A DNA stretch of 64,000 nucleotides from Polyangiaceae bacterium (lineage in GTDB: Bacteria; Myxococcota_A; Polyangia; Polyangiales; Polyangiaceae): NCBI GenBank assembly GCA_965222375.1, contig CBDCTZ010000016.1, forward strand, positions 2,368,001-2,432,000, written 5' to 3'. Below, one piece after another: positions 1 to 8,306 of this stretch. The notes under the pieces were generated by a model. The model was not told the DNA's origin, made no database searches, and saw nothing but the letters and a program-made list of their open reading frames with translations. The position numbers and the translations under genes were made by a program. Position 1 is the stretch's first letter, and each line of letters starts with the position of its first letter.

Positions 1-7
1 TATTCGC

Positions 8-68
8 GCTTGCCTGAAAACGCAGGCAGCAGTTGTTCCGCGCGTGCAATGAGCACGCGGTGCTTCTC
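8..68 (+). ncRNA. Candidate structured RNA (copy 1), interrupted at position 68 by an L end
   Basis: Near-repeat of 6383-6444. Has a GNRA-capped hairpin GCTTGCCT-GAAA-ACGCAGGC and a hairpin CGCGTGC-AATGA-GCACGCG; both are retained in copy 2 despite sequence changes. Confidence 0.35.
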
Positions 69-90
69 GTCGCATGGGTTGTTGATGGAC
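66..90 (+). mobile_element. L end (L1) of putative non-autonomous element
   Basis: CTC|GTCGCATGGGTTGTTGATGG; similar motifs at 6442, 21083, 36733 and 36841. Confidence 0.5.
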
Positions 91-591
91 GGCGGGGCTA
101 GCAACCCCACCACGCCCTGCAGCGTTTTCCCGGGAGTTTCACCCAGCCGCGAGTTGGGAGTTCACAGCCCGGCCCGAAACTGCGCTTATGTGATTCGCAT
201 TCGTTGTCGTGGGCGCAGAGCTGGCGAGCGGGTCGCGAGCGGTCACTCGAACATCGCGCTTGTTGATGGCCTGGCGGCGACCCAGGCCGCGGGTCGGCTC
301 GGCGCCTGCCGCGCTGGGGTCCCTCAATCACTCAATCCAACTGCCCAGGTAACCAACTTTTGGAGCGTGCGGGGATTTCGGGGTGATTCTACATTCGGCG
401 TGATATCACTGAAAAGACAGCCATGCGATCGACGATGAGCTTCCGGATTCGCGCGAAACCGTCCACAATTCCGCCTGGCGCCCCTGTCGCGAAAGCACTA
501 CTTTGTTGAGAAACGCTGCACTCCAGCCGATATTGCTGGAGCCGAAGCTTGCGGAAGCCAACAGCGGTACGCTATGTGGACTAGAGGTCGG

Positions 592-2622
592 ATGGGCGCA
601 ACGGGCTTGGTGCTGGGGGTCTCGAAGGCGGTTGACCTGGCGCTCGACGCGGTAGCGGAGCGTGGCCGCGCGTGGATCACCGGCCAGGTTGGCTCGGGGC
701 GCAGAACCGCCGCGCTGAGGCTTCAGGAGGCCTTGGGCAGCGAGGCAGTAGTGGTTGAGTTGATCGACTCGGAGGAGCCCGATGCAGCCATTGCCGGCCT
801 GTTCAGTGCCGCTTCGAAGCTACGTGACGAGCCGAAGCGAGAGCAGTGCATGCGCGACTGGTCGACCTTGGGTGACGGGGCGGCGCGGCTCGCCGAGAGC
901 TTGGGAAGTGGTGCCACTCTAATTGTCCTGATGCCAAGTTCCTGGGAGGACGACCTGCGCGGCCAGTCGGACGATCTTCGGCAAGAGGCTGCCAAGCGGA
1001 ATCGCCAGTTCTTGCGAGGACTCACGACGACGGACCTGCGCATCGTCTGGATCACGAGCCGCACGATGTCGCCTTTCCTCTTGGGTGACCCAGCAGTGGA
1101 TAGCGCGGTCGGCCTCGCTGCTCCCAAGAATGCGCTGGCCCTGCTGCACACTGTTGATTGGGGCGCATACGCCGGCGCGGCCGGCGAACTCGAGAAGCGC
1201 GCAGACGAAGATGCACAACCCTCACCACTAGCGTTGCGCCTGGGAGTCGGTGTGGTCGCACTGGGTGGCCACCCGGAACGTGTAGCTGGCGTCCTGGAAC
1301 AGAACAACACTAGCGAAGCGCTACGGCTGCTCTGTGAAGATCTAGTCGCGGGGCTCGCTCAGGACGAGCACAGAGCCTGTCGACACGCCGTCTCGAAGCT
1401 GCTGCTAGCCCGTCGGCCGTTGAACCGTGCTCATCTGCCGGAATTGTTGGGCATTCCCGAGCAGCATGATGCTCTCATCACAAATTGTATCGGCTACGGC
1501 GATGACGAGGTGCGAGTCAGTCACCCAGTACGCACGAAGTTGCGGCGGGCTCCGGTGCTTCAACTTGATCCAAGCCGCACCGAACCGACGCATTCGAGGT
1601 TTTCCAAGCATTTCTCTATGCTCGACGGCAAGGCGACGGTTGCCGAAACTTCGGGAATGCAAACCCTTGCCTGGATCGAGAAGATCCATCATCAGGCCCG
1701 CTCCGCACAAGGCCCCTCCTTGGATAGCTTGCCCTGTCGGGAGATGTTCTGGGACCGGGGGCGCTACCTTAGCCGTGACAAGCAGGAGTACGCTGCTGCT
1801 GCTGAGGTGTACGCAAAGTGCGTGTCACGCTTTCGCGACGATTCCTACGCGCACCATTACCTGGCCTACAACCTCGAGCGGGCAGGGCAGCAGCGCAAGA
1901 GCGCTGAAGTTCACTTCCGTCGCGCAGTGGAACTCGAGCGCGAGAACCCTTGGTGGAACAGCCGTCTCGTGACGTTCTTGGTCGCACAAGGCCGACTGCG
2001 CGCCGCAAGAACTGCGTGGCAAGAGGCACTCTCGAACGTCGACCCTGACGGCGAGCGCGCGCAGTCGGACGACTGGCTCGCCCAGCACCTACATCACTGG
2101 GTAGCTCGTGGTTGGCTGGACGCTGGAAGAGTGGCTGACGCATTCGAGGTCTTGGAAGCAATCCCTGAGCGGCACTTCGAAGACAACACTCGGTTGCAGA
2201 AGTTGCGTGAGCGCGTGCTGGACGCCGTCGAGGCCGACGCAATCGGTGGAGCGGTGTATCCAGCCACAGTGCCCATGAAAGAACGGTGGACAGAGAAGCC
2301 CCGTGAGCTGCCGGAGGAGTACCAGAACTCGCCGCTTGATCAGTGGTTCCCGGGGCGCATCGTCCACGCCGATACCACTGGAGTCGACATCCTGTACGCC
2401 AGCCGACTTAGTACGACGGACTACGAGTCGCATACCACGCACATTGCGCCGGCCGACTGGCAGCGCCACGGGCTGGGGCCTAGCGAAGAAGCCCGCGGTT
2501 TTGTTGCGCTGGGCGTGTACCAGAACGGTCAGCGACTGATCCGAACTGTGGAGGAGAAGCGACCTGAGCGAGTCGCAGAGCTTCCGCTAGCGTACTTCGA
2601 CCGGTGGCGCTCCCGGGGATAG
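592..2622 (+). CDS. Degenerate STAND-like NTPase with TPR repeats and a C-terminal beta-rich domain
   Basis: Walker A-like WITGQVGSGRRT, Walker B strand LIVLMP lacking an acidic residue, sensor-like IVWITSR, SPLALRL (GxPLAL-like). TPR-like helices (YAHHYLAYNL..AEVHFRRAVELERENPWW). AGAGG RBS before ATG 592; alternative start 574. Confidence 0.7.
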   Translation: MGATGLVLGVSKAVDLALDAVAERGRAWITGQVGSGRRTAALRLQEALGSEAVVVELIDSEEPDAAIAGLFSAASKLRDEPKREQCMRDWSTLGDGAARLAESLGSGATLIVLMPSSWEDDLRGQSDDLRQEAAKRNRQFLRGLTTTDLRIVWITSRTMSPFLLGDPAVDSAVGLAAPKNALALLHTVDWGAYAGAAGELEKRADEDAQPSPLALRLGVGVVALGGHPERVAGVLEQNNTSEALRLLCEDLVAGLAQDEHRACRHAVSKLLLARRPLNRAHLPELLGIPEQHDALITNCIGYGDDEVRVSHPVRTKLRRAPVLQLDPSRTEPTHSRFSKHFSMLDGKATVAETSGMQTLAWIEKIHHQARSAQGPSLDSLPCREMFWDRGRYLSRDKQEYAAAAEVYAKCVSRFRDDSYAHHYLAYNLERAGQQRKSAEVHFRRAVELERENPWWNSRLVTFLVAQGRLRAARTAWQEALSNVDPDGERAQSDDWLAQHLHHWVARGWLDAGRVADAFEVLEAIPERHFEDNTRLQKLRERVLDAVEADAIGGAVYPATVPMKERWTEKPRELPEEYQNSPLDQWFPGRIVHADTTGVDILYASRLSTTDYESHTTHIAPADWQRHGLGPSEEARGFVALGVYQNGQRLIRTVEEKRPERVAELPLAYFDRWRSRG

Positions 2623-3827
2623 CTCCAATTGGGGAATTGGGGGAGCTGGATCGCAGCCTCCTGTACCTCTTCGTAGCTGGCCCGGGTGAGGGCGAAGGCA
2701 TAGCCATCGCGCTGCCCGGCGCGGGCTGGATTCTAGTGGACGGGTGCCGCTCCCAAAAAAAGGGTCGACCAGACCGATTTCCGCTGGAGAAGCTGGTTCG
2801 GACGTTTGCCAACGGCGACCGGGTCGAGCTGATGGTCTTGACCCATCCCCACCGCGATCACGTGCATGGATTCGCCGAGTTGCTTGAGACGCTACCTCCC
2901 CGACGCGTGGGCGTAGTGGGTGTGAGCGAGCCCATGCATACGATCGTGGACGAAGTAGACGAGCTGGTGCACCTACGCAAAACCGCGAGTACCGGTGACG
3001 CACTGAGGGCTGGCGCTGTCCTCACCGCTCTTCGTGCCATAGACACCTGGGTTGACGCAGGAGGAACACTGCTCGGCCTAAACGATGGGACCAAGATCGA
3101 GTACCGCGATGTGGGACTGCTCGCGCGGGCTCCGGATCCGGGCTACCTAGCCGAACTCGTCGAGCAAGGAGCGTTCGGGAAGGCTTGCCGCACTCGGACA
3201 AACTCGCTTAGCTGTGTTCTCGAGCTGCAGTACCGAAGTACGCGGGTCGTTCTTGGCGGTGACCTGCCAGTGCGCGACCACGGTGGGGAAATACCTTCGG
3301 GATGGAACCTCGTAATGAGACGGCACAAGCACTTGGGCTATCACCACGCTCTGAAAGTTCCCCACCACGGGTCGAAAGACGCCCTGCACGCCGACCTCGT
3401 CGGGCCTTTCGCCACGCACCGGGCGTGGGTGTTGACACCGTACAACTCGTCATCTCTCCCATGTACGGACGAAGACGACGGACTCGATCTGCTTCTGCGG
3501 GGGCAGAGCCCCGTCATGCTGACAGCCATGTCGCTCTCCAAACGCTTCCAAGTCGCGCAAGGGCAGGGCCGCGTCACGCCGCGGCAACTCGAAAGGATGG
3601 GCCGCGCGCTGAAGAAGGGTGGGACCTTCACGGACGAGGACTCCACCTATCGAACCGGGACGGCCCTCGACGCGCTGGACCCTGTATGGTGCGTGGCCCT
3701 GGATGACCGGTCGAACATCGTCGGGCGTTGGCGCGGGAATGCTGCGCTCGAAGTGTGGCACCAGAGCCCGCAGGATGGAAACGACGACAAGCCCGCTAGC
3801 GCGCCAGCTCAGCGCACGAGGCGATGA
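2604..3827 (+). CDS. MBL-fold metallo-hydrolase (ComEC/Rec2-like), probable nuclease
   Basis: LVDGC, THPHRDHVHG (HxHxDH), NSLS, LGGD and KVPHHGS motifs; overlaps the upstream gene by 19 nt. Confidence 0.85.
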   Translation: MALPGIAPIGELGELDRSLLYLFVAGPGEGEGIAIALPGAGWILVDGCRSQKKGRPDRFPLEKLVRTFANGDRVELMVLTHPHRDHVHGFAELLETLPPRRVGVVGVSEPMHTIVDEVDELVHLRKTASTGDALRAGAVLTALRAIDTWVDAGGTLLGLNDGTKIEYRDVGLLARAPDPGYLAELVEQGAFGKACRTRTNSLSCVLELQYRSTRVVLGGDLPVRDHGGEIPSGWNLVMRRHKHLGYHHALKVPHHGSKDALHADLVGPFATHRAWVLTPYNSSSLPCTDEDDGLDLLLRGQSPVMLTAMSLSKRFQVAQGQGRVTPRQLERMGRALKKGGTFTDEDSTYRTGTALDALDPVWCVALDDRSNIVGRWRGNAALEVWHQSPQDGNDDKPASAPAQRTRR

Positions 3828-4161
3828 TCATTGCGGCCGCACTCAGCAAAAAGCGGGGGTGATGCCTGATGACAGAAGGTGTTCGCCATTCACGCGTGTG
3901 CATGGGCAACGCCCTAGTTCGGGGTGCAAGGAAAACGAGCCAATTCCTGACTGACGGCAACTACATCAAACACAAACGACAACTAGTCGTCACGACCACC
4001 GATCGCTGCCCGTAATAGATCTCCTGTGCTAGCTGCCGCTCTTGACCCCGAAAGCCCGCGTGTTCTGGTCAAAGACATAGGCGGCCCCGCCCAGCTCCTT
4101 CTTCACCAGAATCGTGCCGCTAAACTCCGACGGCTTCGAGACTTGCTTCTTGCGTTGATAT

Positions 4162-5193
4162 ATGCAGGTATCCCGCAGCGAGACTGCCGCGATCCATCAA
4201 GCCAAGAGCCTTCTGGGCGCTTGGCTCAAGGACCCTCACTTTCGTGTCGGGCGGCGCGACGGGCCAGATCTCCTGGTCCAGGACGGTCCGCTCAAGTTGG
4301 TGGTCCAGCTGAAAGCCAGCGCCGACGCAGCTGCCGTCAGTAGGGCTGTTGTGCAAGCGAAACAACATGTGGAGCGTCAGCGTGCCGTGCCCGTGGTTGC
4401 CACGCCGTTCATGGGCGAACTGGGCAAGCGTATCTGCGCCGATGCCGGAGTCTCGTGGTTCGACCTTTCCGGTAACGCGTGCATTGTGGCGCCGGGACTA
4501 CGGATCATCATCGAGGGAAAGCCCAATAAATTCCTCAGACGCGGACGTCCCTCATCGGCATTCGCACCCAAGAGCGCGCGAGTAGCGCGGCATCTTCTTG
4601 TGCATCACCCAAAGACGTTTCGCCAACAAGACATCGCTCGCGACACGGGCCTCGATGATGGCTTTACCAGCCGGATCGTCCGGAGGCTCCAGGGCGACGG
4701 GTACGCCGAGCGAGACGACAGCGGGCTAATTCGGGTGCTCGCTCCCAACCTGCTTCTCGACGCTTGGTCTGCTGCGTACAGCTTCGACAAACACACAGTC
4801 CTTCGGGGGCACGTCACGGCGAGGAGCGGTGACGTGCTGCTCCGACGACTGGCAGTGCAACTCACGCGCTCGAAGCTCAGGCATGCCGCGACGGGGCTTG
4901 CGGCAGGGTGGCTTCTCACTGAGTTCGCAGGCTTCCGCCTCGTCTCGTTCTTCGTCGACTCGCTGCCGAGCGATGGGGCACTCCAAGCAATGGGCTTTCG
5001 CGAAGAGCCCAAAGGCGCAAATGTCTGGTTTGTGCTGCCCAACGACGAAGGGGTGTTCGACGGCTCGGCGAAGGTTGACGGAATCCAATGCGTCCACCCA
5101 GTACAGGCGTACCTCGATCTGCTCGCTCATCCGGAGCGAGCCAAGGAAGCAGCGGCCGAATTGAGGTCCCGTGCTCTAGGGTGGAGGTCCTGA
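4162..5193 (+). CDS. Type IV TA AbiEi-family antitoxin/transcriptional regulator
   Basis: N-terminal PD..QLK nuclease-like fold, central wHTH (RQQDIARDTGLDDGFTSRIVRRL), C-terminal VHPVQAYLDL..ERAKEAA typical of AbiEi_2-like proteins. Confidence 0.75.
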   Translation: MQVSRSETAAIHQAKSLLGAWLKDPHFRVGRRDGPDLLVQDGPLKLVVQLKASADAAAVSRAVVQAKQHVERQRAVPVVATPFMGELGKRICADAGVSWFDLSGNACIVAPGLRIIIEGKPNKFLRRGRPSSAFAPKSARVARHLLVHHPKTFRQQDIARDTGLDDGFTSRIVRRLQGDGYAERDDSGLIRVLAPNLLLDAWSAAYSFDKHTVLRGHVTARSGDVLLRRLAVQLTRSKLRHAATGLAAGWLLTEFAGFRLVSFFVDSLPSDGALQAMGFREEPKGANVWFVLPNDEGVFDGSAKVDGIQCVHPVQAYLDLLAHPERAKEAAAELRSRALGWRS

Positions 5194-5861
5194 TGACGAA
5201 GCCGAGAACCGCAGCGGGGTACGAGTCCGTGCAGGTGCGGCACGTGCGGGCAGCATGCCTCTACCTGGCGACTAAGCTCGGCGACCTGCTGGACGAGTTG
5301 GTAGTCGTCGGTGGTCTCGTGCCGTCGCTGCTAGTCGATCAGGCCGAAGCAAAAGTGGAGAAGCACGTCGGAACGCTCGACCTCGACATCGGCATGGAGG
5401 TCGCGATTCTCGACGACAAGCGCTACGAAGTGCTCACCGAGAGGCTCCGTGCTGCCGGGTTCGAGCCGGACGAGAACGAAAAGGGCAACCAGACGTGCCA
5501 GCGCGCGACCATCCGCGGCGAAGAAGCACGACGGCAGATCTGCGTGTGTGGGGCAGGCGCGTTTGTCGTGATGAAGGCCCTCGCGTTCCGGAGCCGTGGC
5601 GAGAATAAGGACGCCTACGACATTACCTACCTGCTGCGAAACTTCGGAACTGGCCCTAGCGACGTTGCTGCCCGCCTCTTGCCGCACGCTGATAGAGCAG
5701 AAGTGAAGGAAGCCATCCGCCTGCTCTCCGAGGATTTCGAGACTGTCGACAGCATTGGACCGCGAAGAGTCTCGGAGTTTCTCTTCGATGCACGACACGA
5801 CGAGACCCAGGCCGACGCTTTGGGCGCGGTTCGGGATCTGCTGGACGTGCTCGGGACATGA
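5193..5861 (+). CDS. AbiEii-like nucleotidyltransferase toxin, possibly internally deleted
   Basis: VVVGG...GTLDLD Pol-beta motif, KALAFRSR..KDAYD; TGATG coupling to the antitoxin. Confidence 0.7.
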   Translation: MTKPRTAAGYESVQVRHVRAACLYLATKLGDLLDELVVVGGLVPSLLVDQAEAKVEKHVGTLDLDIGMEVAILDDKRYEVLTERLRAAGFEPDENEKGNQTCQRATIRGEEARRQICVCGAGAFVVMKALAFRSRGENKDAYDITYLLRNFGTGPSDVAARLLPHADRAEVKEAIRLLSEDFETVDSIGPRRVSEFLFDARHDETQADALGAVRDLLDVLGT

Positions 5862-5929
5862 AGAGCTGGGCGCGTTGGAGAACGAACCGTGAAGGGCGCG
5901 GAAAGCGAGCGAGGCGGTTTTGGTTGAGG

Positions 5930-5990
5930 GCGACCCACCACTGTCGCGCGCTCCACAGGGAGCACCAAATACGACTGTAACCAACCAAAC
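5930..5990 (+). mobile_element. R end (copy A) of dispersed element
   Basis: GCGACCCACCACTGTCGCGCGCTCCACAGGGAGCACCAAATACGACTGTAACCAACCAAAC; one of six copies. Confidence 0.75.
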
Positions 5991-6042
5991 AAGTCGAGGA
6001 AACTCGCGTGCCTGCGTGCGCGCGTTTCCGGCTGCAAGCCCC

Positions 6043-6314
6043 GTGGTGCTGCCGGGTGAAATGAAGACCCTGCGCAACCGCGCGATCGAGGCCGGGAAGC
6101 GGCCGCGAACGTCATCCTCCGTCGTGAGGAAACGGCCGCGACGCGATCGCTCGCCAACACCGCACGTGTGATGTCGGATCAGCCGATGCTGCTCCGATTG
6201 AAGGAGCTCGAGAGCTTCAAGGAAATCGCGGGAAACATCCAGGAGGTGCGTCTCGTGGTGGGTGCCGACTCGCTCAAGGCACTGCTTCCGGCCGACATGC
6301 TCGGCAAGGCTTGA
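6043..6314 (+). pseudogene. 3' remnant of slipin (SPFH/band 7) family gene
   Basis: VVLPGEMKTLRNRAIEA, then a frameshift near 6100, then NVILRREETAATRSLANTARVMSDQPMLLRLKELE...; 5' part missing. Confidence 0.75.
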
Positions 6315-6332
6315 AAATGGGAACTAGAGCGT

Positions 6333-6374
6333 CGATGCCCCGCCCCTTTTGAAGGATCGGGGGGCGGGGTATCG
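6333..6374 (+). terminator. Strong hairpin after the slipin stop (terminator or part of the RNA)
   Basis: 14-bp stem CGATGCCCCGCCCC / GGGGCGGGGTATCG with one G-U pair. Confidence 0.45.
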
Positions 6375-6382
6375 GTTTCCGA

Positions 6383-6444
6383 GCTTGCGTGCAAACGCAG
6401 GCAGCAGTTGTTTTCCGCGCTGCAATGAGCACGCGGTGCTTCTC
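6383..6444 (+). ncRNA. Candidate structured RNA (copy 2)
   Basis: Repeat of 8-68 with a GCAA tetraloop instead of GAAA; ends at the same L junction. Confidence 0.35.
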
Positions 6445-6459
6445 GTCGCATGGGTTGTC
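6442..6459 (+). mobile_element. L end (L2), truncated
   Basis: CTC|GTCGCATGGGTTGTC. Confidence 0.45.
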
Positions 6460-6505
6460 AGTCGTAGATCTTGAGCTCGTCGTAGGTACCGTCGCTCTCG
6501 CACCA
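6458..6505 (-). pseudogene. Tiny C-terminal remnant of a LamG-like gene
   Basis: Reads WCESDGTYDELKIYD*, resembling LamG C-termini (cf. GLLDDFKIY in 18510-19394). Confidence 0.35.
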
Positions 6506-6541
6506 GCGGGCTTTGGACGCCGTCCGCGCAGCCTTTGTCCC

Positions 6542-6578
6542 TTGCCATGTACATAATTTATAGCTACATATTATATAG
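6542..6578 (+). promoter_or_regulatory. padR promoter with two tandem 15-bp imperfect palindromes (probable operator)
   Basis: TTGCCA, then GTACATAATTTATAG (6549-6563) and CTACATATTATATAG (6564-6578); AT-rich patch 3 nt before the ATG. Confidence 0.55.
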
Positions 6579-6581
6579 GTA

Positions 6582-7151
6582 ATGGGGCTCGGGCACGTGA
6601 TTCTGGGTTTTTTGTCGGTTGGGCCGATGCATGGCTACGCCCTCAAACGCTGGCTTTCTCCGGCGCTGCCGAGGGGGAAGCGAATCAACGACGGCCTGCT
6701 CTACCCGACCCTGAGCCGACTGGAACAGGCTGGCTGGGTCAGAAAGTCCAGTAATCGAAAAGGGCAGGGTCCGCCGCGCAATGTGTTCCACCTGACCACC
6801 CCGGGCAAAAAGGAATTCGCGCGATGGCTGGAGGACGACAGCGATGAGGCCGACGAGGTTCGCTACGATTTTCTCGTCGGCCATCCCTTCCTGGCCAAGT
6901 GCATTTTCTTCCGTGAGCTCGCCCCGGACGTCATTCGCGACAAGATCGCCACTCAGCTCGAAGCATCGTCCGCCAAACTGCGACAGTTCGAGGCGATCAA
7001 GCTTGGAATGGAAGAGCGCGGCGTTGACCCATGGCGCATCTCCGTCTTGGAGCTCGGTATCGGGCAGCAACGCGCGCGGGTTCGCTGGCTGAAACAGCTG
7101 CCGGAGATCCTCGCACAACCGCGGCATCGCCGAAAAAGGAGTACGGCATGA
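6582..7151 (+). CDS. PadR-family transcriptional regulator
   Basis: ILGFL..GPMHGYALK...GLLYPTLSRLE..GW....RNVFHLT..GK. Confidence 0.9.
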   Translation: MGLGHVILGFLSVGPMHGYALKRWLSPALPRGKRINDGLLYPTLSRLEQAGWVRKSSNRKGQGPPRNVFHLTTPGKKEFARWLEDDSDEADEVRYDFLVGHPFLAKCIFFRELAPDVIRDKIATQLEASSAKLRQFEAIKLGMEERGVDPWRISVLELGIGQQRARVRWLKQLPEILAQPRHRRKRSTA

Positions 7152-8068
7152 AACTCGACGTAATCGATATGTGGGCACCCGTCGTTCCCTCTCGCGAGAT
7201 AGGCGAACACATCGCTGAGCACTTCCCTGAAAAGTTGCTGAACTACTTGCGCGTATTTTGGAAGATGCAGTCGCCGACTCTGGAAAAGTTCGCCGAGCGA
7301 GGCAAAGCGATGATGCTCCCGGACGAAGACGTGATTGGCTTGCTCGACCAAGCCCGCATCCGCACTGCACTCATCACTGGCTTTGACGAGGCTCAGAGTG
7401 GCGGCACGACCTTCGTCTCCAATGAAAGCGTGGCGGCGCTTGCGAAGCGACATCCCGATCGCTTCATCCCTTTCTGTGGCGCGGACGTGTTTCGCGGTGC
7501 GCCAGCCGTTCGAGAAATGGAGCACTGGATTGTCGATCACGGTTTTCGAGGCCTGAGCCTCCGGCCCTTCATGATCGGCGAGCCGGCAACGGACCGTCGC
7601 TATTACCCCTTCTACGAGAAATGCGTCGAGCTCGACGTTCCGCTCAGCATTCACGCATCCGCAAACTGGACCGACAATCGGCCGAGTGATCTCGGCCATC
7701 CCCGACATTTCGATCAAGTTGCTTGTGATTTCCCTGAACTCAAGCTGATCCTGAGTCACGCGGGCTATCCTTGGGTGCTCGAGGCGTGCCTCATTGCCTG
7801 GAAGCACCCGAATGTCTACTTGGAGCTCGCCGCACACCGACCCAAGTACTTTGCCCGGCCCGAGGTCGGTTGGGCTCCACTGATGCACTATGGGCAGACC
7901 ACGATCAAAGACAAGATCCTGTACGGTACAGGCGCATTCCTACTGGGTCGCCACCCCGCCGAGCTCGTTGGCGAAATGCGCTCGCTCGGTCTGCCCGACG
8001 ACGTGCTGCGCCTCTGGCTCCACGACAACGCCGCGGCCTTGCTGAAGCTCGACGATCCCGCCAACTGA
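7148..8068 (+). CDS. Amidohydrolase family protein (Amidohydro_2)
   Basis: HPDRF, YYPFYEKCVELDVPLSIH, FPELKLILSHAGYPW, PNVYLE; ATGA overlap with padR. Confidence 0.85.
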   Translation: MKLDVIDMWAPVVPSREIGEHIAEHFPEKLLNYLRVFWKMQSPTLEKFAERGKAMMLPDEDVIGLLDQARIRTALITGFDEAQSGGTTFVSNESVAALAKRHPDRFIPFCGADVFRGAPAVREMEHWIVDHGFRGLSLRPFMIGEPATDRRYYPFYEKCVELDVPLSIHASANWTDNRPSDLGHPRHFDQVACDFPELKLILSHAGYPWVLEACLIAWKHPNVYLELAAHRPKYFARPEVGWAPLMHYGQTTIKDKILYGTGAFLLGRHPAELVGEMRSLGLPDDVLRLWLHDNAAALLKLDDPAN

Positions 8069-8306
8069 TTGGGTGGGGGCGTAGGCGAGGCAGTTTTTCG
8101 GTTTAGGCAGCGCGGCCAACAGCGGAGACGCTTGCCGCGGGAGCGGAAGTCGGGGAAGGCGGGTGCCGAAGGGGTGGTTTTTCGGAGATGTCGGCGAGCA
8201 GCACGTCCGCCTGAGCGAGACCCTTTGTGGGGTGCCTCCTGAACGCGACAATCCGGCAGGGCAGGCCAACGCAACGCGGCGCGGCACCACGTTGGAGTCC
8301 TCGAGT

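Noticed and set aside
4028..4140. Possible minus-strand gene tail (..GTILVKKELGGAAYVFDQNTRAFGVKSGS*)
   Set aside because: Too short and unrecognised to support a call.
6549..6578. AT-rich patch as a dif/Xer site
   Set aside because: It does not fit the 11-6-11 XerC/XerD layout; its position fits a PadR operator.
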